A stretch of 64,000 nucleotides of DNA. Source: a virus. Lineage: Duplodnaviria > Caudoviricetes. This document shows, piece by piece, positions 8,085 to 17,100 of the stretch (within the stretch, counting starts at the first letter, position 1; each line of letters begins with the position of its first letter). A program made the translations under genes and the position numbers. The notes under the pieces were generated by a model. It made no database searches. It was not told the origin of the DNA and saw only the letters and a list, made by a program, of their open reading frames with translations. The stretch covers positions 32,001-96,000 of the IMG/VR virus record IMGVR_UViG_2522572155_000001. One strand, given 5' to 3'.

Positions 8085-10715
8085 TTACAGCAGCGTCCAC
8101 GTCCACGTCGGGGCGGACGAGTACGTGAGTGTGATCGTCTTCCCTGACGGCAACATCACTAGGCCGCTCGTGACGCCGAGCGTCTGGCCGTCTACCGCGA
8201 TTGCGGTAACGGTGCCGCCGCTGACGAGGACGGCAGCGTCACGGAAGAAGGGGTTGGTGAACGGCGTAGCGGAGGCCGGGATTACTGGCGTGGAGGGAGC
8301 CGCGCCAGCGACCCGGTTTAGGTCGGTGATGCGAACGTTCTTCGCCCCACTGACTGTGGGCGCCACGTTGTTGTTGTCGGTGAAGTTGATCTGCCCGACG
8401 AGGCCGTTAGTCGGATCGCTGAACGTCGTACCGGTGCTCGTCTCGATGTTCAGGTTACCGATGAACACGGGGAACTTGCAGCCAGCGTTGACGCTGGTGT
8501 CAATGATGGTATCGCTCGCCTCGACGGAGAGATTGAGGATCGACGCGCCGTGGAAGGCACGTCCTCCTAGTCCGTACAAGCCCAGTGCCTTCTTGGCGAA
8601 CAGGATGCCGATTCGGTTCGCAGCGAGGTGGTCGGTGAGCGTCATACCGGTGTAGAAGCCCGCGCACGAGAACGTGTCAATCGTAACGTTGTCGTTGTTG
8701 CCAACCTTCGGCAGGATCAGACCCGCGCCATTCGGGTTTGTGGGCTTCGCGGCGTTCATCTGTGCCGTCGTCTGGAAGGCGAGCGTCGAGAGGCTCTTGA
8801 CGTCTGCCATCGCGATGCGCTTGAGATTGACTGCGACAAGCCCGGGGTTAGGCGGCGCGATGACCTGGAGTCCGTCGATGACGAGGAGCATGTTGCTCCA
8901 CCCGGACGGGAACGGGCTTGTGGCAATGATCGCGTCTGTCGGGTCGGGGCCGCCGATGATCGACGGGACACCGTAGCTGGGATCAGTTGCGACGCCGGTA
9001 AGCGTACTGCGGAGAATCACACCGTTGTGCTGCGCAACGTCCTGGTTCCAGTGGTTCCAGGTACTCGCGTTGGCGGTCCCCTTGAGGACGAGAGTGAACT
9101 TCTGCTCGTCATCGTCGCAGATCGGGAGCGGGATTTGCGCGTTGCCGAGGGTGGTCCCGCCCTTGATCGTGGGGCCATCGAGGAGGTACTCGCCACGCTC
9201 GGCAGAGAAGATGACCTCGGCGTAGTGGGAGCCATCCGCGCGACCCTGCGCGAACGCCGCCCCGATGGCGTCATTGATTGCCTGCTGGTCGCTGACACCG
9301 GACGCGACGTAATCTTCGACGTAGAAGCGATTGAGTCCCTCTGAGCCCCTCGCAAACGTTACGGGCTGCCAAGTGCCGCTCACGAGCACAGACATGCGCG
9401 CCGAGACAGGGGCGGGCGGCGTCGCGGGGGCAGTCGGGGTCACCGCGTTCGAATCTGCCGATGCGGAGCCCGCGCCGTTAGAGGCAGTCACCGTACAAAG
9501 GATTGCCTGACCCTCGTCGGCGGGCTGAAGGTCGTAGAGGCTCGACGTTGCGCCGGGGATGCTCGTGCCAGCGCGCTTCCACTGGAATGCGAAGCTCGTG
9601 GGCGAGTTGGTCCAGGAGCCATTCGAGCACGCAAGCGTCTGCCCGGTCTCCGCTGTGCCGGTGAGCGCAGGCGCGACGGTGTTTGCCGGAGGGCTGCCAG
9701 CAGGTGCGGTGGGTGTGACGGTGTTCGAATCGGCGGATACGGAGCCGCCCGCATTCGTTGCCGTCACGGTGCACGTCACAGGCTGGCCTTGGTCAGCCAC
9801 CTGGAGAGCGTAGGCGTTAGCGGTCGCGCCGGAGATTACCGCGCCTGCCCGCTTCCACTGGAATGCGTACGCGGATGGGCTATTCGCCCATGTGCCGGTG
9901 GAGCAGGTGAGCGTCTGTCCGGTCTCTGCGACGCCGGTGATGGCGGGAGCGGTCGTATTCGCCGGGGGAGACGTGGTGGCGGTGCCCGCTGCGTAGTGGG
10001 CAGCAACGCGCGTGCTGGAAAGTTCGCCCTTGTAGACGGCAACCTCATCGAGGCGTCCGGCCAGGTTCAATGACGTAGTGCCGCGAGCCATCAGGAATAG
10101 CGTGCCACTCACCTTGAACGTACTGGCGGTGACGAGTGCGTCCTGACGCGAGGTGGTCGTCACGGGCGCTCCATCTACGTACACCTTGATACGGCTCGCG
10201 GAGGCGACAGCCGGATCGGGCGTGTAGACAGCTACCAAGTGGTGCCAGGCCGCAGCGGACATCGCGGAGCGCGGGAACGTGTGACGGACGATCTCGTTGA
10301 GGTTCGTGCGAAAGCCCACGCTAACCGTGTTGGCCTCCGCACCGGTTGCGGAGTTGTTGGGATCGATGACGAATGTCCCGGAGTTCGTTGACCACGCGCC
10401 GCCGAACTCAGCGAGCATCCGATCATCGTTCGAGTAGGCGTCAATCCAGCACCAACATTCGAAGGTGAGGGGTGCTCCGGCTGTCCCTGACAGGTCGAGC
10501 CCGCTACGGTCGGCGTATTCCGTCGAGCCGTTGAACTGTCGAGCCTGATCCGAGTCTGCTGCGAGCGCTCCAGCGACAGCGGTAAGATTGCCCGCAGGAA
10601 TGACAAGGTCCCGCAAACTGATGGTCGGGTTGATCTCATCGTGGATCGGGGTCGAGCCTCCCATCCGGTAATAGAGATGGGGAGTGTCAGCGAGTACTTC
10701 GGTGGTGTAACTCAT
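8085..10715 (-). CDS. tail appendage protein: LamG-like domain, two Ig-like repeats, beta-helix-like region
   Basis: WHHLVAVY...GRLDEVAVY; two PANTxAPAxTGxAETGQTLxCSxGxW repeats. Confidence 0.75.
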   Translation of the reverse strand: MSYTTEVLADTPHLYYRMGGSTPIHDEINPTISLRDLVIPAGNLTAVAGALAADSDQARQFNGSTEYADRSGLDLSGTAGAPLTFECWCWIDAYSNDDRMLAEFGGAWSTNSGTFVIDPNNSATGAEANTVSVGFRTNLNEIVRHTFPRSAMSAAAWHHLVAVYTPDPAVASASRIKVYVDGAPVTTTSRQDALVTASTFKVSGTLFLMARGTTSLNLAGRLDEVAVYKGELSSTRVAAHYAAGTATTSPPANTTAPAITGVAETGQTLTCSTGTWANSPSAYAFQWKRAGAVISGATANAYALQVADQGQPVTCTVTATNAGGSVSADSNTVTPTAPAGSPPANTVAPALTGTAETGQTLACSNGSWTNSPTSFAFQWKRAGTSIPGATSSLYDLQPADEGQAILCTVTASNGAGSASADSNAVTPTAPATPPAPVSARMSVLVSGTWQPVTFARGSEGLNRFYVEDYVASGVSDQQAINDAIGAAFAQGRADGSHYAEVIFSAERGEYLLDGPTIKGGTTLGNAQIPLPICDDDEQKFTLVLKGTANASTWNHWNQDVAQHNGVILRSTLTGVATDPSYGVPSIIGGPDPTDAIIATSPFPSGWSNMLLVIDGLQVIAPPNPGLVAVNLKRIAMADVKSLSTLAFQTTAQMNAAKPTNPNGAGLILPKVGNNDNVTIDTFSCAGFYTGMTLTDHLAANRIGILFAKKALGLYGLGGRAFHGASILNLSVEASDTIIDTSVNAGCKFPVFIGNLNIETSTGTTFSDPTNGLVGQINFTDNNNVAPTVSGAKNVRITDLNRVAGAAPSTPVIPASATPFTNPFFRDAAVLVSGGTVTAIAVDGQTLGVTSGLVMLPSGKTITLTYSSAPTWTWTLL

Positions 10716-11033
10716 TTATAGGAGCCTTGCGATCCAGAGTGTGTTGGCGGCATAGGCACTCGGATCCGGGGATGCCTCGGCGGGTCCCGTGACTACGATC
10801 TGCACCAAAGCGTCTGCGCCATCGGCTCCGGCAGGACCGGCGGGACCGGCGGGACCCTCAGGACCGGCGGGACCCTCAAGACCGGCGGGACCGGCGGGAC
10901 CGGCGGGACCCTCAGGACCAGGCTGCGTCTCCGCATAGGCAGCTAGGCGCGTCTCAAGATCGATGAGGCCCGCTGCGTCAAGCGGCGTTGAGCTATCGGG
11001 GGAGTTCTTCCACTGCTTCGGCGTGAATGCCAT
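10716..11033 (-). CDS. collagen-like virion protein
   Basis: (GPE/GPA)n triplets. Confidence 0.8.
   Translation of the reverse strand: MAFTPKQWKNSPDSSTPLDAAGLIDLETRLAAYAETQPGPEGPAGPAGPAGLEGPAGPEGPAGPAGPAGADGADALVQIVVTGPAEASPDPSAYAANTLWIARLL
10828..10922. repeat. 9-bp tandem repeat encoding Gly-Pro-X
   Basis: repeated accggcggg/accctcagg units. Confidence 0.85.
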
Positions 11034-11083
11034 ACCACCTATTGAGGTGGCAGAGGTGCACTCGTTCCTTGCCTAGAAACGCG

Positions 11084-11106
11084 AAAGCCGAGCGAGGCTC
11101 GGGCTC
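11084..11106 (-). terminator. putative intrinsic terminator after the 2581-aa gene
   Basis: CCGAGC-CTC-GCTCGG hairpin followed by CTTT. Confidence 0.45.
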
Positions 11107-11190
11107 TTCACGGGGCGACGGAGAGGTGTGTCAGACGAACGCGCCGCGCTCACACGTTCAGGGCGCAGCATCACCCCTTACCCCGCCGCA

Positions 11191-14100
11191 TCAGGGCTGA
11201 TGGTAGCCCAGGGCCGTGTGCACATCCTCGACCGGCACCTTGAAGCCCGGATCGGCGTACGGGTTCCGGCTGCCGTTGTGTTCGCTCACCGTGCGGAAGC
11301 GATAGTGTCCGCCCTCGTTGATGAGTTCGTGAGGCGTGCCGTAGGTATCCTTGAACTGCCCGCCGCCCATTCGCATCGCCTGTTCCAGGCTTTCCCGGTC
11401 GTAGTGGTGAGTCTCGGTGCAGGGGTTCGGGTGCTCCTGGGGCTCGACCCACGGGTGATACTCGACCGGCGGTCCGTCGAAGTGGTGATTGAGCCCAATC
11501 GGCTGCCAACCCTGAAAGTCCTCAATTGAGCGTCGGGGGTAGCCTAGCTTCTCGTCAATTGCACGGTGCTCATCCAACTCGTGCTCGGCGTAGCGGTGCG
11601 CGGAACGCGGCCGTCCGCACTGCCCGCACTCGTCGTAGTCGGACCACTGACGCTGATCCTCTACGGTGACGTTGTGCTTGCTCGTGGTGTCGAACACGAC
11701 CGGGTGGCCGTGTTCGGACTCCTTCATCACCGTTAGGTCGCGCGGGGGCGGCGGGCGCTTCTCATCGCCGCGACAGTAGGCACACTTGTCGCTCGGCAGT
11801 CCCATCAGGGTTCCGGTGCCCGGGACGACCTTGTACGTACCGTGACAGTTATGGCACTGGCCGAGGAGATTCACCTTCTTCATGTAAACCAGGAGATCGG
11901 TGTAGTCCTTCCCGTCGTGGATCAGGTCCATACCCGTAGCCGCCTTCTGCTGCTCGATGATGTTTCGGGCCATCGTCTCGGCCTCGGCCTCGGCCTTATC
12001 GGGCGGGAGCGACTTCAGGTACTCGGTAATCAGGTGATTGGGCACCGTATTCGGATCAGGCTCAGGCGTCCAGTCTTCGGGGAAGTAGTCGGGCACGTCG
12101 GACGACAGCTTAGCGCCCGCGAGCAGCCCTGTCACCTGCTGGAGCAGCCCTCGGTTGTCCAGCATCTTGTAGGTGAGGTTCGAGGCGGCGAAGTCCCCCT
12201 TGCCCGCCGCCTGGTCGCGCATCCGCTTGCGGTGTAGCTGCCGGTAGAACATGACGGCCTTGTCGGGCTCGTAGCGCAGCAGCCGATCCATCTTGTCGGC
12301 GTTGATGAGCGCCTGCGTGTATGCCTCGTTCTCCTCGTGCTCGGGATCGTGCGCGAGATCGGGCTGGGGCGGGACGAGCCACTTGTCCTGGATGACGTTG
12401 TAGCCCGAGCGTAGACCGGGCTGGTAGAGGTCGGCGGGCTTGATGCCGCGCGCCACGACGTAGGTCTGTAGCTCATGTGTGGTGCCCGGCATGATGAGGC
12501 CGTCGCACGCCTGGATCATCAGGCCGATCATCTCCGAGCGCGACCACTCGGGGAACTGCTCGGCGTCCACGAACAGCGACACGTCCACGTCCGAGTGATC
12601 GGCGTACTGGTACGTCGTGAGGCTACCGGTGAGATACAGGCTGCCCCACTTCTCGCAGCCCGTGTAACCCGCCTCGCTTAGGATGCTGTAGATCGAGTCC
12701 ATGATCCACAGCCGATGCTCGTGCTTGAGGCGCGGAGTGGGGGAGGCCGGGTCATCCCATACCGTGGGGTCGAGTGTGTCGCGGATCGGGTCGAGGACGT
12801 TGCCCTGGCGCTTCGGGATGCGCGGGTCCGGCTTCACGGAGTCGTTGATGTCCTCCTCGATCACGCGCTTCCACCACGGACCCTCGTATGGGCCGCCGTC
12901 GCTCTCGCCCTCAAACCACATCATGAGGGCGTTCTGCATCGCCTTGTCGGCCATCTCCGGCGTCGTGCCGGGGTGGATCCTCACGAGGCGGTCGATCGCG
13001 TCCTGGCGCGAGAGGTTGTCGCCGTTGACCATGAGGTTCCACGCCGACATCTGGAGATCGGAGTCGGGGTACCGGCGGAAGTCAGTGGCAACACGCGCCG
13101 CACGTAGCTGCGACGGGGGTACGATGTTCTCCTCGCCCGTCTCGGCGTGCACAACGCTGACAAGCGGCTCGTGCGGGTCATTGACGATGTCGGTCACATA
13201 GTGCGGCTGACCGTTGAGGAGAACGCGCTGCCCGTGCGTAAGCTGGCGCTGGAAGAGTGCCTGTGCGTCCTCCGTCGACACCGGCTGAGCCATCGGGTGC
13301 TCCGCGTTGGTGAAGACGTGATCGCACGCGCCCTGCTCGCAGCGCTGTAGCTGGCGCCTGATGTTTCCAATCTGGACCGGGACCGGCTGTCCTCGGCCGC
13401 CGCCATGGACGCTGCCGAAGCCGGTAACGATGTGGCGGTTGCCGTTCGCGTCGGGCCACGAGTACATCGGGTGGCCCTGGGCGTTGTACTTGTCCAAGGA
13501 CCAGTGCGGCATCTCGGCCGCCATGAAGTCGGCCTCGGACTTATAGTTCGCGGCTAGGCGTGATTGAGCGTCCGGCAGTGCGGACAGACGCCTGTCGGCC
13601 CGGGCAGCGCGATCGGCTCCCGGCAGCCCGAGCAGGTCACGACGGTCGTCCGGCCGCCCTGCGCCGATGTGAGTGCGATCTTCTTCATGCTCGTTACGCG
13701 ATTGTACCGGGCCGCCCTGTAGTGGTCCATGGCGCTTCGCCACGGTACGGTCAAACAATGTCTCCTGCCCCGGTGGCGTCCTCTTCGGCCTCGGCCGAGG
13801 GTCGTAGGGCTCAATTGACCGCCACCTCGGGATCAGTGCGCCGCCGAGGTGGTTGTAGTACTGCGCGGCGATCGGGTCAATCTCCTGGTGGAACTCCAGC
13901 GGACGGAGCTTGCGCCAATCCGCTACGCCGTTGTCGGCCATGTGCTCGGTCAGGGCTTCGCGAAGATAGTCCTCGTGACCGGCCTCCTTCGCGTGCTGGA
14001 GGAGGAAGTTCGCCCATTCGGGACGGTAGCCCGGCTGTACCTGGACGCGCTGGTTCCGCCCGTCCTGCCACGTGTTCCACGACGACTCGAACCGGTCAGG

Positions 14101-17100
14101 CTCAATCATCGAGCCGATGATCTTCTCGTAGTTCGGGTCCCCGATCTCTAGGTCGGGTCCCTCGACGCCATGCTCGTCGGCGTCGCCCTGCGCGATCCGG
14201 TAATCCTCGGGCTCGTTCTCGTACCACTGATCCTGCGCATACGGGTGCATATCCGGCAGATGGTGTTCGCGGCCACCCACGTAGCCGCCGTTGTACCCGA
14301 CCAACTGTGTGAGAGATTCGGGACCGTCCATGTGGTAGGTGTCATCCCACCACGGCTGGTAGGCAGCCGCCTCGGCGCCCTTCGTCCCGAGGTACTCGTT
14401 CATGCGGTCGTTGTACTCGTCGTCCACGTCCTGGTTGGAGCGACCCTTGTACTCCGTCGTCTCCGACCCGGGACCGACCCGGGCGCGGATCACGCCGCCG
14501 CAGTGATCGCACTGCTGGCCATGACCGTATCGACCGTAGTCATGTCCACAGTTGGCGCACTCGGCGTGATCCGGCGTCATCTGGAGCGTAGCGTGGGGAT
14601 GGTTCTTGCGGTCGCGAAGCGACAGGAAGACAGAACTGCCTAGCTCTGCATCATCGCCATAGCTCCCAACGCAATGGCCCATCATGTCGCCCTCGTCGCG
14701 CATCTCATGCCGGTTGTTCAACTGCCGCACGGTCCAGCCGTCAGGGAACTCGTGAACAACCTCACCGAGATCCTTGCGGGCCTTAGCCTCCTGGTCGGCG
14801 CGCCAGTCGGTAATGCGGGTCAGTAACTCCGGCGCACCCAACTGCATGATGTCGATGCCCTGACGGGCCTTCTTCATCTGATCGAGGTCGCGCTGAATCT
14901 CGGCCAGCGTCTGCGGGTTGAGCGGGGACTGCCCGGGACCGGGGACGCCAAGTCCTCCCACATCATTTGGGATCAGGCGTCCCTTACGCCACTCACGAAC
15001 GACCCAGGGGAGCAGCTTGTCGGCCTGGCGGTAGCCCTGTTCATCAAGGAAACGCAGGAACTCCTCACCCTCCGGCGTCTGCATGTCCGGGCGCGCGGCG
15101 AGCCAGTCGAACTTGGACGCGGTGCGCCCCATGTAGGTGTGTGCGCCCCACGGGCAGGTGCACGGCTGCCCGGTGGTGATGTGCGAGTGCGGGCGTCGCT
15201 TCACGCTCTTGTGAGGCGTTGCGCCCTGGCGGGGCGTCAAGCCCTCCGGCAGAACGCGCGGGTCAACCTCGCCCGGCACCGCGCCCATGTCCTCGAAGGG
15301 GTACTCACGGCCGGGCACAGGATCATCGCCGCCGACCATCTGGCGGTGTCCGCACCCAAGGCACAGGAGAGTTGGAACGCCGGTCTGTTCGAGGTACATC
15401 TGGTGCTCGCCGCATTCGGGGCATAGCAGCCACTCTTCGTCTACAGAGGCCCACTTAGAGGGCGTTACCGAGCCAGTCGTAGGTCCTAGAGGGTGCTCGG
15501 TTTCCGGAAGGGCGCGCAAGGCATCGCCCAGTGGCGCAATTAGCTGCTCGTGCATCTTCATGCGATCCCCAAAGGTGTAACCGGACGAGCAGCCGTTGCA
15601 CACGTAGCCGTTCATCTCAGGCACGATCGAGAGGTCGCTGCCGCACCTCGGGCACGGGGCACCGAACTGCATCAGGTAGGGCCTCTTGGGCGGGTTGACA
15701 GCAGATGTCTTAGAGGGCGTTACCTCGCCGTCCTGGTCGTCAACTAGGCGCAGGCGCTCAGGAGCGATGTGGGTGACATCGCTCTGCCAGGCGCCAGGGC
15801 GACCCCTGCCTGGCGCGGGGTCCCAGTAGTCCGCCGGAACCTGCTTGAACCACGGATCGCGCTTCAGCCTACCGACAGCGCGAGGATGAACCTCCCACAA
15901 GTCGTGCGGCTCGATGCCGTTACAAATCTCGGCGTAACGCCGCGCCTCTGGGAGGTTGTCCCAGAAGTGCATCGGGTTGCCCGTAACGGGGTTGGGGACC
16001 ATACCCTCAGCAAGCACCTGCTCGCGTATGGAGGAAGGCAGAAGCCTGTAGTACGGACGTACGCGCGCCGAGGCGACAGAGGACCGACGAGTCATCTTCT
16101 CCCAATGCTCGTACGTCGGGGCAAAGCGCAGACCGCCTCCAGCGAAGCGTCTCGCCTTCTCGATGGCATTCGGGTCAGGAGACCTACTGTCGCTCAGGGT
16201 GTACCACCCGCTCGGATGGATGACAATAGGACACTCGTAGTCCTGCGGCCAGGGGCAACGGGTCGCAGCTACATCGTCGTGGTGCGGGGCCAGCCCCGGA
16301 GCGCGGACGTTCCACATCACGGGCTCGTTGTTGACGAGGAAGCCCTTGCCCCACTCGCCGGGAGTCCAGTCCATGTGGAGCGGCGTCGAGGCCGTGCGCT
16401 CCTGGTCTACAGAAGATGCCTTAGCGGGCGCCGCCGGGATGTACGCCGGGAGATGCGTATCTCCGCGACGATGCGCGACGGTGGCACGATGCCAGCCATC
16501 GAGCAAGGTGCCCTCATGGTCGATGACCACTTCGGGCATCGGCCCAGGCATCTGCGCGAGGCTATTCACCCGGTCGGGCTCCACGTCCAGGGAGCCCACC
16601 CCGGCGATGCTCGCCAGCGGGTGTTGTGTGCGCGTCCAAGAGGGATGCTGGTGGATCTTGCGCTCCATGCGCTCCCACCAGATGTCGTTATCCACCCGAG
16701 AGCGTCCACGCGAGCCCTTGTGGAGGGCACGCATGTGCTCCATAACCTGCTCAGGTGAGATCACGGCCACAGACTCTACAGAACCGCCATTAGGGGGCGC
16801 TGACGCCATCCGGCTCCAGTCGCGAACCTTGTTCTTGAGCCACGGGTTATCCCAATGGAAGGCGTCAATCGGCTGGCCACCCGCACGAAGCTCCTCGGTG
16901 AGCCGGTTGAACAGACCCTTCCCACGGTGCTCAGGATGCGTGTACGCCGAGCCAAGCATGATGCCGCCTGGCACACCCTGCCAGGTCACGCTCGCGACCG
17001 GCTCGCCGTTGTAGTACGCGACGCGACCGTCGCCCTGGCCATGCTTCGTCGTCAGCGTGTCACCGCCACGGCTATCGAAGCGCGGGACGAAGGTCCCGGT

